A DNA stretch of 32,000 nt from Halomicronema hongdechloris C2206. Its GTDB lineage: Bacteria; Cyanobacteriota; Cyanobacteriia; Phormidesmidales; Phormidesmidaceae. Position 1 is the stretch's first letter; each line of letters opens with the position of its first letter. The stretch lies in NCBI RefSeq assembly GCF_002075285.3, contig NZ_CP021983.2, positions 660,001 to 692,000 of the forward strand. The letters are read 5' to 3'. This document shows positions 1 to 8,948 of this stretch, piece by piece. The notes under the pieces were generated by a model that saw nothing but the letters and a program-made list of their open reading frames with translations, was not told the origin of the DNA and ran no database searches. The position numbers were made by a program, and so were the translations under genes.

Positions 1-489
1 TTGGGACTGACGACGCCGGTACACTTCATCGCAGGAGGCGATACGCGCCAAGCATCGGTTTATAACGGGCTGCAAGCCTTACCAGAAGAGGCAACCCGAG
101 TCTTGATCCACGATGGGGCTCGCTGCCTGATCAGCCCGGATTTATTCGATCGCTGTGCGGCTGCTTTAGAGAACTGCTCTGGCCTAATTGCTGCCGTTCC
201 GGTCAAGGATACGATTAAGCAAGTGGATCGTGATCTCAAGATTGAAAATACGCCTGACCGCCGCTGCCTCTGGGCAGCCCAAACTCCGCAGGGGTTTGAT
301 GTGGCGCTGTTGAAAAGCTGCCATAGCAAAGGCCAACAGCTACAGTGGATGGTGACTGATGACGCCGCCCTCTTCGAAAACTGTGGTTTACCTGTCCAAG
401 TTATTCCTGGCGAGGAAACCAATGTTAAGGTAACCACCCCCAGCGATCTTGCGATCGCAGAGTGGATTTTGAGCCAGCGGTCCCATTAA
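1..489 (+). CDS. ispD: 2-C-methyl-D-erythritol 4-phosphate cytidylyltransferase (IspD), C-terminal ~162 aa; the 5' end lies outside the window
   Basis: The ORF is open from base 1 to TAA at 487-489. The translation has IspD-type blocks: AGGDTRQASVYNGL, VLIHDGARC, AAVPVKDTIK, WAAQTPQGF, GEETNVKVTTPSDL. Confidence 0.9.
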   Translation: MGLTTPVHFIAGGDTRQASVYNGLQALPEEATRVLIHDGARCLISPDLFDRCAAALENCSGLIAAVPVKDTIKQVDRDLKIENTPDRRCLWAAQTPQGFDVALLKSCHSKGQQLQWMVTDDAALFENCGLPVQVIPGEETNVKVTTPSDLAIAEWILSQRSH

Positions 490-760
490 TATTGCCGCGC
501 GGCTACTATCACCGCGCAGACAACACTCTCCTACACAGCACTGCTGTCGACCCCAGTGCAGGCGGCCATAATCTAGCTGCCTTAGCCCCACAGCCCCAGC
601 CTAATCAGCTTGGCCCATTGCTGCATAGGCAACCGAACCATCAGCTGCCAAATCTGGGGAGGCTGACTAGCGCGCCTGCCGTCACCCAAAGTGCTGAGGC
701 AGTTGCTATGAGACCTGTGCCTGAAAACTCCGTTACATTGACATCCCTAGCCAGAGGGGC

Positions 761-871
761 TCAGAGATCGCCTCCCTGAGCTGCCAATAGAAACACGATA
801 ACTGGGCCAGCGATCACGATCATCGTTAACATGGTTAGCTGTGCAATCAGCTCAAAGGTAGTTCCACTCAT
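761..871 (-). CDS. psb30: Photosystem II reaction centre protein Psb30 (Ycf12), 36 aa
   Basis: The C-terminal 36 aa of track ORF 761..964 read MSGTTFELIAQLTMLTMIVIAGPVIVFLLAAQGGDL. This fits the single-helix Psb30/Ycf12 pattern as I remember it (FE.IAQLT....I.IAGP..I.LLA...G.L). An internal ATG at 869-871 is preceded by GGGAGGA (complement of 881-890) about 10 nt upstream. The longer 67-aa reading has no support. Confidence 0.8.
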   Translation of the reverse strand: MSGTTFELIAQLTMLTMIVIAGPVIVFLLAAQGGDL

Positions 872-1032
872 AAATTCTATGGATCCTCCCAAACGACGAA
901 ACTGAGGGATTAACTTGACATCCTGCGCTATTCTACCGGGAAGCAACCCCCTTAGTTTAAGCAAGTTTACAAAATTCTAAGGACAGCGTCCCAAGCAACT
1001 CTACCTCTAGCCTCTATGTCCCTAGATTAGCC

Positions 1033-1419
1033 ATGGCTACCTGGCAATGTATTGAAGGCTGCGGCGCCTGCTGTCATCTCGACCCTCAAGACCGCCCCGA
1101 CCTGGACTGCTATCTCAGCCCCGCTGATTTGGCCCTGTATCTCAGTTTGGTCGGGGCAGATGGGTGGTGCATTCACTTTGACCACGCCACTCGCCGCTGT
1201 CGTATCTATGCTGAGCGACCTGGATTCTGTCGCGTTGAAGCAGAGACCTTCGAGGCGATGTATGGCATTGACTCCTCGGAGTTGAACGCCTTTGCCATTG
1301 ACTGTTGTCGCCAGCAAATTACCGCTGTTCATGGCGCCCATAGCGCTGAGATGGAACGGTTTAATACTGCGGTAGACGACAACGCCGCTAATGCTCAAGG
1401 CTACCACTCTGAAAAGTAG
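1033..1419 (+). CDS. YkgJ-family cysteine-cluster protein (CxxCxxCC / UPF0153 type putative Fe-S or zinc protein)
   Basis: ATG-started 128-aa ORF. The N-terminal motif CIEGCGACCH plus later CIHFD....RCRIY..RP.FCR is typical of the family. Confidence 0.75.
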   Translation: MATWQCIEGCGACCHLDPQDRPDLDCYLSPADLALYLSLVGADGWCIHFDHATRRCRIYAERPGFCRVEAETFEAMYGIDSSELNAFAIDCCRQQITAVHGAHSAEMERFNTAVDDNAANAQGYHSEK

Positions 1420-1568
1420 TAGCCAGAAACACAGTGAATCGCCTAATCAACCAATGAAGCCTTCTCTGAGCTGCTAAGGATCGGCCTATGACTGGTCCTG
1501 GATGTTGCGATCGCATCAGCAGGAAGACAAAAGCAGTCATGCCCCAGAGATACCATCATTTAGTGAGC

Positions 1569-1820
1569 TTAGGTATTCTCGGCAGGAACTAAGTCGCCAT
1601 AACACAGGCGCAACAGCGCAAAGCCTGTCAACAGTTTCAAGCTCTCCAGCCCCCAATAGAGACCATGAAGTTGATTCATGGCTGGCTCCACCGCCAAAGG
1701 CGTGGCATCAAGGGGCAGGCCTAAAGCACTCATGGCAGGGGTCAATCCGTAGGCATAGATCACCGGAATCATCAGTAAGAGCCCAGCCAATTCAACTAGA
1801 GGAGACTTGAGCTGCCCCAT
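1569..1820 (-). CDS. Hypothetical small membrane protein (83 aa), family not recognised
   Basis: ATG start at 1820. It has hydrophobic segments (LVELAGLLLMIPVIYAYGL, LKLLTGFALLRLCYG). The competing plus-strand ORF 1502..1810 is S/P/R/H-rich and not protein-like. Confidence 0.4.
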   Translation of the reverse strand: MGQLKSPLVELAGLLLMIPVIYAYGLTPAMSALGLPLDATPLAVEPAMNQLHGLYWGLESLKLLTGFALLRLCYGDLVPAENT

Positions 1821-1885
1821 GGGTCTTCTGGGGTGCTATTTTGGCATGGGTGAAGCATCATGGAGATAGTGTTGGAGACGGTGCT

Positions 1886-2464
1886 ATGGCCAACTATCAC
1901 CTCCTAGGACTCGGGTTGGCGGGCCTGATTGCAGCCAGTGGGATGACGTGTCTCACGTCCTCTAGGGAACTGGCGGCAGCTCAGTTAGCTGATGGAACCA
2001 TTGCCTTTGAATATCCGCCGCGACTCTCGGAGGCAACCGCGACCCGCAACCAAGCTGGAGCCCGCCATGTCAGGTATTACTTCACCTTGAATCTGAATCC
2101 CTCCGCCGGTGAGTCGCTGCGCTGGGTCTCGCTGCAGTTGGCGGAAGGACGCGATCCGATGTTTCGGTTTGACGCCGAAGCCACCCAAGCCTTTGAGGGC
2201 ACTCGCCGTGAGCGGAATAGTCGGTTGACGTTGGGCGAAGTTACCCAGGACCGAGACACCCAGACGGTCACCGTTGTCTTTGACCCACCGGTTCCTCCCG
2301 GACGTCAGGTCACCATTGCCCTAGAACCCCATCGCAATCCACGGCGGGGTGGAGTCTATTTGTTTGGAGTCATTGCTGCCCCGGACGGAGAACAGGTGAG
2401 GCAGGAATTTGCTGGCTATGGCCGTCTGCATTTCTATGACCACGATTCGGATCCGATTCGATAG
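1886..2464 (+). CDS. DUF2808 domain-containing protein (cyanobacterial, signal-anchored)
   Basis: Track ORF 1841..2464. I prefer the internal ATG at 1886 (MANYHLLGLGLAGLIAASG, a signal-like helix) with GGAGA upstream. The body matches the DUF2808 pattern as I remember it (YYFTLNL..SAGE.L..VSL, VVFDPPVPPG..VTI.L.P.RNP..GGVYLFGV.A.P.G, GYGRLHFY). Confidence 0.7.
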   Translation: MANYHLLGLGLAGLIAASGMTCLTSSRELAAAQLADGTIAFEYPPRLSEATATRNQAGARHVRYYFTLNLNPSAGESLRWVSLQLAEGRDPMFRFDAEATQAFEGTRRERNSRLTLGEVTQDRDTQTVTVVFDPPVPPGRQVTIALEPHRNPRRGGVYLFGVIAAPDGEQVRQEFAGYGRLHFYDHDSDPIR

Positions 2465-2657
2465 TCACCGTTGCCATAGTCATCGCCACATCGATCGTCG
2501 CCGCGTCGACACTACGGTGCTGGTAGCGTAGCCCTCTTTGGTCGACTGGGGCGTCAGTTCGGCAACTATGCTCTGGCTAGGGAGCAGTGAGGCCTCCGAC
2601 CAGTCACTCAACTGCTGGCCATCAGGTACTGGCTAAACTCTCCCAGTGGTTAACGAC

Positions 2658-4076
2658 CTAGAGGTTTTGGCTGGAGACATCTAAGGTAGCATCGTCTTCT
2701 AGCCCTAGGTGCACCGTTTTGATCCACTTTAGGCGCTTTGGTCGAACCGATAGACGCACGGTGGTGCTAGCAACCACGAGGACCCAGTGGATCATGTAAA
2801 GGGTGCCGCGTATCGCCTGGAATAGGGCTGGCAAATAGGGGGCGCTTTGGGTACGGCGTAGGCCAAACACCATACCGGCAATGGATAGGAATACCACCAT
2901 CGAGGAAACCGGCATGAAGATCGGGAGGCGATGGCGGCTGATGGAAAGTAGTAGATCGGGCAGTGCCACCGAGGGAAGGGCGTATTGGATCACCCAGAAG
3001 GCGAAGAGATCGAGGGATTTGCGGAGTCCTAGGCGGGTGGGAGACATCAGCCGCCAATAGTCGAGATAGCGTTGATATCCCCCTTCAGCCCAGCGATTAC
3101 GCTGATGCCACAGGGCCAGGACTCGGGTTACTCCTTCTTCTCGAACGGCTGGATGCAGGAGGAAGTCAATATCCCAGCCATTCATATGCAGCCGGAAGGT
3201 GAGGTCTAGATCGTCGGTGATGGTGGCTTCATTCCAGCCACCACAGTGTTCCAGGGCGCTACGCCGCACAAACTGACCGTTGCCGCGTAGTTCTCCCAAG
3301 CCACCGACAGCGATGCGCTGTTGCTGGTAGTAGCTGTCTAGGGCCATCTCGGCCTGTTGCCCCTGGGTCCACAAATTAGTGGTGCCATTGGTGACGGCTT
3401 TACGTACCTGCACGGCACCGACTTGGGGGCGTTGGAATAGGGGGATGACTCGACGCAGCAGATCCATGGGCACCTTGGCGTCAGCGTCGAATACCGCCAC
3501 GACATCGCCTTGGGTATGGGGTAGGACCTGGTTTAGGGCCCCTGATTTGCCACCGGTGGCCTCTGAGGTGCGGTGGATGACGTGCAGTTGGTCGTACTGA
3601 CGGGTCAGCTGATCTAGGAGAATGGGGGTGCGATCGCAACTGTTATCATCCACTACCCAGAGGTCGTAGCGATGCTGAGGATAATCTAGGGCACAGAGGG
3701 TTTGCACCAGGGGTTGAATGACCGCTTCTTCATTCTTAGCCGCCACCAGAATAGAGACATAGGGCCACCGTTGCGCATCCAGGAAAGCATCGGACGCATC
3801 AGCCAGAGATGGTAAGGGCTGAGGCCCTGGTAGTGGGGACGTTATCAGCAGCCGTAGGGCATGCACACTCAACAGAACAGTCAAAGCTACCACTATCCAA
3901 TGCCCCCAGGTCATCAAATGTAAGATCGTGGTGCCACTCCAGAGGGCTGTCAGTGTCATAGCTGCCTTGCGCCGACGACCGGCGTAGCCGGGAAACTCAT
4001 CGAGATCCAGATCATCTAAGTCAATGGCAGCTGGATTGATCTGCTCAAGCATGGAGACGTTTGATTGATGTACCAT
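2658..4076 (-). CDS. Membrane-bound family 2 glycosyltransferase; candidate beta-monoglucosyldiacylglycerol synthase (Sll1377-like architecture)
   Basis: 472-aa ORF. GT2 blocks are present: ILVAAKNEE, VVDDNSCD, GGKSGALN, VAVFDADA, ITDDLDL, and the QxxRW motif (WHQRNRWAEGG). Hydrophobic helices sit at the N and C termini. The lipid-synthase assignment is inferred from size and topology only. Confidence 0.8.
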   Translation of the reverse strand: MVHQSNVSMLEQINPAAIDLDDLDLDEFPGYAGRRRKAAMTLTALWSGTTILHLMTWGHWIVVALTVLLSVHALRLLITSPLPGPQPLPSLADASDAFLDAQRWPYVSILVAAKNEEAVIQPLVQTLCALDYPQHRYDLWVVDDNSCDRTPILLDQLTRQYDQLHVIHRTSEATGGKSGALNQVLPHTQGDVVAVFDADAKVPMDLLRRVIPLFQRPQVGAVQVRKAVTNGTTNLWTQGQQAEMALDSYYQQQRIAVGGLGELRGNGQFVRRSALEHCGGWNEATITDDLDLTFRLHMNGWDIDFLLHPAVREEGVTRVLALWHQRNRWAEGGYQRYLDYWRLMSPTRLGLRKSLDLFAFWVIQYALPSVALPDLLLSISRHRLPIFMPVSSMVVFLSIAGMVFGLRRTQSAPYLPALFQAIRGTLYMIHWVLVVASTTVRLSVRPKRLKWIKTVHLGLEDDATLDVSSQNL

Positions 4077-4236
4077 CCAAGTTTCACACCATCCCTATGG
4101 GGTGGTGTCAATGCGAAGCTGTGGGCCAAGCTGAGGAGAAGCAGTATCCTGGAACAGATACCGTACCCAGTTTAAAGGCAGATCGCATGTTGTCCGGTAA
4201 GACAATGCCATCATGGACTGATAGGTACCGCAACTT

Positions 4237-4262
4237 AATCGGACATTGAAATCGGACATTGA
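4237..4262. repeat. Tandem 13-bp direct repeat (AATCGGACATTGA x2) in the divergent intergenic region
   Basis: Read directly: 4237-4249 is identical to 4250-4262. Confidence 0.9.
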
Positions 4263-4471
4263 ATCCGTTCATTTATCTTAACGGGTTACCGAGCAGATGC
4301 GCGGTGTTTGGCCGCGCTCTTGTTCACACTATCGCGGAATGAATACACTAGCCCCAGAAGGATTAGCCCCTTCCACTACGGCTAGCTGAACCCATGCCCT
4401 GACAGGCCCGGTGCGAGAGTTAAAGGCCGGTACACAAAGGGCATCGCATCAACTGTTTCACATGAAGACTC

Positions 4472-4852
4472 ATGGGGTTGACATTCGACGATATCAAACC
4501 AGCAACCAAACAAGACATCAGTGTCTACATCCCCTACTACCAGGGGGGTAAGCGTAATGCCTTGCCCTATGCCATTGGGCTCTACAAGCAGGGCAACCTG
4601 GAAGGAGAACGCATCATTGAGGGGGGGGATAGTATTCCCTTCCTGGCCACTTGGAATGTGTCTGTCTTGCCCGCCGATCTCACTCGCTGCCGCCTGCAGT
4701 TCGAAGACGATGCCGAACTAAGCTACGAAATCACCATGGCCACCTTCGAATTTGTAGACTTTCTGTTCGATGTTGTGGCAGCCCTACGACACAAGCGCCC
4801 TGCTGATTTCTCCAAAAGCTTCTACCGGAAGCTACTCCGATTAGACGATTAA
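4472..4852 (+). CDS. Hypothetical protein (126 aa), no recognisable motif
   Basis: ATG-started ORF with balanced, globular-looking composition. The overlapping alternative ORF 4521..4721 is S/P/C/T-rich. Confidence 0.55.
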   Translation: MGLTFDDIKPATKQDISVYIPYYQGGKRNALPYAIGLYKQGNLEGERIIEGGDSIPFLATWNVSVLPADLTRCRLQFEDDAELSYEITMATFEFVDFLFDVVAALRHKRPADFSKSFYRKLLRLDD

Positions 4853-4993
4853 GGGTTTGCTATGGTTGTATCACCTGAGCACTGGCCATAGGCCATAAAA
4901 TCGGATCGTGGCTCCAATAGCCCTCTAATCTTGGACGGTGCAATTAGAGCCATAACAAGAATAAGCAAGCATGAGTTGAGAAGGAGTGTGGGC

Positions 4994-6085
4994 GTGCCAA
5001 AGCCGGTGAATGTGCTGATCGGATCCATAGAAGCCTACAGCGGCAAGTCGGCGACCGTCCTCGGCATCGCTCTGCAGCTACAACAACAAGGCATTGATAT
5101 TGCCTATGGCAAGCCCATTGGCACATGTTTAGGGAATGGTTCATCTGCAACTGCCGACAAAGATGTAGAATTCATTGCCCGCACCCTAGATCTACCCGAG
5201 TCTCGCCTGCGCTTCCCCCTGTTTAACCTAGACGATGACACCATCGCAGCCCAATTAGCTGGCGAAAATAGCTTCAACTATTGTCAACGGCTAGCCACTG
5301 CCTATGCCAGGCAAGGAGAAGAGGCTGTGGTCTTGCTAGAAGGTCCTGGCACGTTAGACGAAGGAGCTCTCTTCCAACTATCTTTACCCCATATGGCTCG
5401 AGCCATTGAGGCAACTGTGATTTTGGTGGCTCGGTTTCATTCCCTCTTGGTTGTTGATGCACTGTTGGCTGCCAAGGAGCGTTTAGGGACTCACTTGGCT
5501 GGGGTGATCATTAACGATATTCCAGAAGAGCACCTAGAGTCAGTCAATCAGCGATTGCGGCCTTGTTTAGAACGCCACCAAATTCCTGTCTTAGCTACCC
5601 TGCCTAGAACCCCCCTGATGCGCAGCATCAGCGTCAGGGAGATGGTGCAGCAGTTACAGGCTGAGGTCCTTTGCTGTGAGGATCGCCTGGAGCTCATGGT
5701 CGAAAGCCTCGCCATCGGTGCCATGAATGTGAACTCGGCCCTGCGGTATTTTCGTAAACGTATCAACATGGCCGTTGTCACCGGCGGAGATCGTACCGAT
5801 ATCCAGCTGGCAGCATTAGAAACATCGACCCACTGCCTGGTGTTAACCGGCCATATGTCTCCTTCTGAGGCGATTTTGGCTCGAGCTAAAGATCTAGAAA
5901 TTCCGATTTTATCCGTCGATTTCGATACCTTAACCACCGTGGAGCAGATTGATCAGCTTTTTGGTCAAGTGAGGTTACATGAACCTGCCAAAGTGACCTG
6001 TGTCCAGGAGCTCATGCAGCATCACCTAGATGCTCATCGCCTGATGGACATTCTGAATCTGCCCATGGCTGCTAGTCTCTCCTGA
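4994..6085 (+). CDS. Phosphotransacetylase-family protein (BioD-like N-terminal P-loop domain plus DRTGG domain; no Pta catalytic domain)
   Basis: Track ORF 4931..6085. The N terminus reads VLIGSIEAYSGKSATVLGIALQL...YGKPIG (DTBS/CobQ-like fold), followed by a GGDRTDIQLAALET..CLVLTG.... DRTGG-type block. Start chosen at GTG 4994, 7 nt after AAGGAG (4981-4986). GTG 4988 is an alternative. Confidence 0.75.
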   Translation: MPKPVNVLIGSIEAYSGKSATVLGIALQLQQQGIDIAYGKPIGTCLGNGSSATADKDVEFIARTLDLPESRLRFPLFNLDDDTIAAQLAGENSFNYCQRLATAYARQGEEAVVLLEGPGTLDEGALFQLSLPHMARAIEATVILVARFHSLLVVDALLAAKERLGTHLAGVIINDIPEEHLESVNQRLRPCLERHQIPVLATLPRTPLMRSISVREMVQQLQAEVLCCEDRLELMVESLAIGAMNVNSALRYFRKRINMAVVTGGDRTDIQLAALETSTHCLVLTGHMSPSEAILARAKDLEIPILSVDFDTLTTVEQIDQLFGQVRLHEPAKVTCVQELMQHHLDAHRLMDILNLPMAASLS

Positions 6086-6170
6086 GGTTAAACGCCGCGG
6101 TTTTTCGCCTTCAAACCGGTCATACAGATAAGAATCGGAGCCAGTCTGATACAATGAGCCCGTTCATGTC

Positions 6171-6701
6171 GTGTCGGTGCAGCCGTTGAGTCAGTCTATT
6201 GAAGCGCCTGTCGATAGCCTCAAAGTCGACGTCTTTCTACAGGAGTTAGCTGCCATTCAGCAATCTAGCTCTAAGCGGATTGCGATTCTTGGGTCTCGCC
6301 ATGTGCCAATTACACACCAGCAGCTGATTGAGTTGCTAACCTATGCGTTGGTGCTAGGAGGCAACCGCATTATCACCTCTGGAGCAACTGGAACCAATTC
6401 TGCAGCCATTAGAGGGGCTACCAAGGCTGATGCCAACCTGCTGACTGTAATTCTGCCCCAGAGTCTGGCTCGCCAACCTCGAGAGTCTCAGGAGCAACTC
6501 GAGCAGGTTATGCACCTGGTAGAGAATTCAGAGAACGATTCCCTCTCGTTGGCCGAAGCCAGTGCCCTCTGTAACCAAGAAATCATCTCCCGCTGTCAAC
6601 AGCTGATCTGCTTCGCGTTTCACGATAGCCACACGCTATTGAAGACTTGCCAGGATGCAGAAGAACAGCGCAAGATCGTTACCCTATTCTATTTTGATTA
6701 G
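6171..6701 (+). CDS. DprA/Smf-like Rossmann-fold protein (DNA recombination-mediator protein A family, short form)
   Basis: 176-aa ORF starting at GTG 6171. It has RIAILGSRHVP....L...L...GNRIITSGATGTNSAAIRGA..A...LLTVILPQSL, resembling the DprA core. TACAAT at 6150-6155 is a possible -10 box. Confidence 0.6.
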   Translation: MSVQPLSQSIEAPVDSLKVDVFLQELAAIQQSSSKRIAILGSRHVPITHQQLIELLTYALVLGGNRIITSGATGTNSAAIRGATKADANLLTVILPQSLARQPRESQEQLEQVMHLVENSENDSLSLAEASALCNQEIISRCQQLICFAFHDSHTLLKTCQDAEEQRKIVTLFYFD

Positions 6702-6918
6702 TCATCCTTAGCTCAAATGGCACTGACGTCAGCTGTATCAAGCTGCCAACTTAGCTTTCAGAATCGGGCGAGATTCTTGCATTCTTGGGAAAGGTTTGGG
6801 CCGACGCTTCACGACTCGGGGTTCTCAACAATGCGGACGACAGGGAATCATCAGCTCTCGCACAGCGCTTAACAAGTACTATCAACGATGTCATTTGAGT
6901 GTTTAAAGTGATTCGGTT

Positions 6919-7107
6919 ATGAAACCCAGTTTCAAAGGCCATCATCACCGCAGTCAAGTGATAGGATGGCTGCTATTCATTGCCTCAGCCCTCTTTTTCA
7001 CGGTTTCGACGCTGAAGAATGGTGATGTTTTGGGGGTATGTGGCAGCCTGCTGTTTCTAGTGGCCTGTTTCGTCTTTTTGGGGTCTTTGACACGGTCGCG
7101 GGGTTAA
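6919..7107 (+). CDS. Hypothetical small two-helix membrane protein (62 aa)
   Basis: ATG start. Two clear hydrophobic helices are present (VIGWLLFIASALFFTVS and VCGSLLFLVACFVFLGSL). The overlapping minus ORF 6751..6957 looks non-coding. Confidence 0.45.
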   Translation: MKPSFKGHHHRSQVIGWLLFIASALFFTVSTLKNGDVLGVCGSLLFLVACFVFLGSLTRSRG

Positions 7108-7122
7108 CCGCTACATGCCCTG

Positions 7123-7539
7123 TTACTGTGACTCCTGTCTAGCGGGGTTGATGCACAGTTCCCGGTAGCCAGTTTGAGGGTCGATTTCTCGCCTGAAGCT
7201 GTAGCCAGGCAAAGCTGCAATCGCAACTTCGGCGGTCGTATAAATCACACAACCGGCCGCAATATGGCCACCGCAGACACTGCCAGCTCCATTTGCGATC
7301 GCACCGTGGAGGTGCAGGCCGTGGGTCGACAGGGTTCCCGCCAGCGACAGTAGCTCAAACGGTCCTTGCAGCACCTGAGCCTCAGACTGCCCGGCGAAGC
7401 GCAGGGCTGCCGTTTCTAAGCTGCCAATGGCGCTGACGATTACGGCGGCCTCCAGGGCCTCTTCCTGGGCGTAAGTTCCTAAGGCTCGCCGCAAATCCTG
7501 ACCGGGATGCAGCCGCAGGGCATGGATTTGAACACTCAT
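7123..7539 (-). CDS. PPC (DUF296) domain-containing DNA-binding protein
   Basis: 138-aa ORF with R..PG.DL...L, SAIGSL....LRF, EL.SL.GTLS..G.HLH..I....G.V.GGH, the typical PPC/DUF296 layout. Confidence 0.8.
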   Translation of the reverse strand: MSVQIHALRLHPGQDLRRALGTYAQEEALEAAVIVSAIGSLETAALRFAGQSEAQVLQGPFELLSLAGTLSTHGLHLHGAIANGAGSVCGGHIAAGCVIYTTAEVAIAALPGYSFRREIDPQTGYRELCINPARQESQ

Positions 7540-7586
7540 GGCGGCTCAAAATCTGTACTAGTTCTCCGTCAAAGCAGCGCTAAGCG

Positions 7587-7853
7587 CTAATTCACAGACG
7601 AATCGACCTCGGGGGAATCGACCTCGGGGGAATCGGGGCTAACCTTCTGCAAATACTGACTATCGAGTAGGAAGGTCCCTGGCTGAAAGCGAACGCTCCA
7701 GTAGCCCCCCGGTCGATGCTCCATGACAATGCCTTCAGCCCCAACCGAGAGCAAGTCTGGTGGCCGTAGCATCGGCATGGAGTCAGCGGTTTTGAGATAG
7801 GGCGGCGGTTGGGCCAGACGGACCCGGTCGCCGATTGCAAATGAACTAGGCAT
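7587..7853 (-). CDS. DUF3148 / SipA-like small protein (SH3-like, NblS/Hik33-interacting family) with a repetitive C-terminal tail
   Basis: 88-aa ORF. FAIGDRVRL..PPPYLKTADSMPMLRPPDLL..G.EG.V...RPGGYW.VRF..G.FLLDSQYL matches my memory of the SipA/DUF3148 family. The tail is SPDSPEVDSPEVDSSVN. Confidence 0.7.
   Translation of the reverse strand: MPSSFAIGDRVRLAQPPPYLKTADSMPMLRPPDLLSVGAEGIVMEHRPGGYWSVRFQPGTFLLDSQYLQKVSPDSPEVDSPEVDSSVN
7600..7638. repeat. Tandem 15-bp direct repeat (GAATCGACCTCGGGG x2 plus a 9-bp partial copy) inside the 3' end of the SipA-like CDS
   Basis: Read directly: 7600-7614 and 7615-7629 are identical, and 7630-7638 repeats the first and last parts of the unit. It encodes SPEVD-SPEVD on the minus strand. 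Confidence 0.9.
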
Positions 7854-7940
7854 GGTGGCTGGCAGACATTGAGCGACTCATTATTGATCATAGGGCCAGC
7901 CGTTCTCTGTCTCTTAAAGTCTTGGCTTCTCGACTCGTGA

Positions 7941-8948
7941 CTAGGGCACCTGCCAGGCCCGCTGGTGGTATTGCTGGGGCTGCTGATACGGATCCCCCGA
8001 GCTGTGATGGGGTCCATGGTGATGACCATGATCATGACCATGATGACCATGGCCGTTGATTGAAACCGCCGCCAGACGGAACTTACACAGCTCGCAATTC
8101 ATCTGCACCTGACCCCGTTGGGTTTCGATCTCCCGACGTCGCAATACCTGCATCAGGTTAGGATGCCTGCCCATCTCCGGCAGGCAGGTAATCTCGATGC
8201 CAGGACATTCAACTTGTTGCTGGCTGGTGATGTCGATGATCTTTTTCACCAAGACGCCCGTAAAGAGAAAATAGGGCAGCACCACGATGCGCTTGGGCTG
8301 ATACAGGCGGGCCCGTTGAAACCCGACGTCTAGGCGGGGATGGGTAATGCCGATGAAACAGATTTCAACGGTCTGGTAGCCACTGCCTTCCCAGAGGAGG
8401 CGGGCCATTTTATAGACATCACCGTTGGCGTCGGGGTCGCTGGCGCCGCGGCCGACGAATAACAGGACGGTATCGTCCCGGGCAATGCCTCGGGGATTGT
8501 AGCGGGGCTCGTCCAGCTGCTGCAGGCGCTGATGCCAGAGATCTAGGATTTCTGGCGTGATGCCGAAGTGACGACCATAGTGAAAGGTCAGCTGAGGATA
8601 GCGTCGGCGGGCCCGGTCTAATTCGTTAGTGACGTCAAATTTGTTGTGGCGAGCGGCGAAGAGCAACACTGGCATGACCGAAATATCGGTATAGCCTTGG
8701 GCAACACACTGGTCGACGGCATCGAGGATGGTGGGCGTTGTTAGCTCTAGAAAACAGGGAATCACTGGTCGTGAGCGATCGAGGGCTTGATAGGCACTAG
8801 CAAAGTCGAGGAGATGCTGGCGCCCTTCCGGGTCGCGGCTGCCGTGGCCAATCAGGAGTAAGGGACGGCGGGCTGGCAACTCAGGCAAAGGCGTGACGTC
8901 GGAGGTGACAAAGTCGCTAATTCTCGTGATGATAGGGTGTGTTGGCAT
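7941..8948 (-). CDS. cbiX: Sirohydrochlorin cobaltochelatase, long form (CbiX-L) with MxCxxC motif and His-rich C-terminal tail
   Basis: Two CbiX half-domains are present ([13 protein letters not shown]... and [17 protein letters not shown]...). The C terminus has QMNCELCKF followed by [16 protein letters not shown]. Start set at ATG 8948 (MPTHPII). The upstream ATG at 9011 would overlap the divergent channel gene region. Confidence 0.85.
   Translation of the reverse strand: MPTHPIITRISDFVTSDVTPLPELPARRPLLLIGHGSRDPEGRQHLLDFASAYQALDRSRPVIPCFLELTTPTILDAVDQCVAQGYTDISVMPVLLFAARHNKFDVTNELDRARRRYPQLTFHYGRHFGITPEILDLWHQRLQQLDEPRYNPRGIARDDTVLLFVGRGASDPDANGDVYKMARLLWEGSGYQTVEICFIGITHPRLDVGFQRARLYQPKRIVVLPYFLFTGVLVKKIIDITSQQQVECPGIEITCLPEMGRHPNLMQVLRRREIETQRGQVQMNCELCKFRLAAVSINGHGHHGHDHGHHHGPHHSSGDPYQQPQQYHQRAWQVP

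Noticed and set aside
956-973. HLR1-like repeat (TTTAAGCA AG TTTACAAA) in the psb30 / ykgJ divergent region
   Set aside because: Only one half-site matches the TTACA core. The other has two core mismatches, so this is too weak to call without comparative support.
4237-4262. Tandem repeats at 4237-4262 and 7600-7638 as possible CRISPR or minisatellite arrays
   Set aside because: Each has only two to three directly abutting copies with no spacers, and there are no cas genes. The second lies inside a CDS. These are simple slippage duplications.
6722-6731. Perfect 10-bp palindrome CTGACGTCAG (CRE/CRP-like core)
   Set aside because: It does not match the cyanobacterial CRP-family consensus TGTGA-N6-TCACA. 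A single short palindrome in a 217-bp spacer is not significant by itself.
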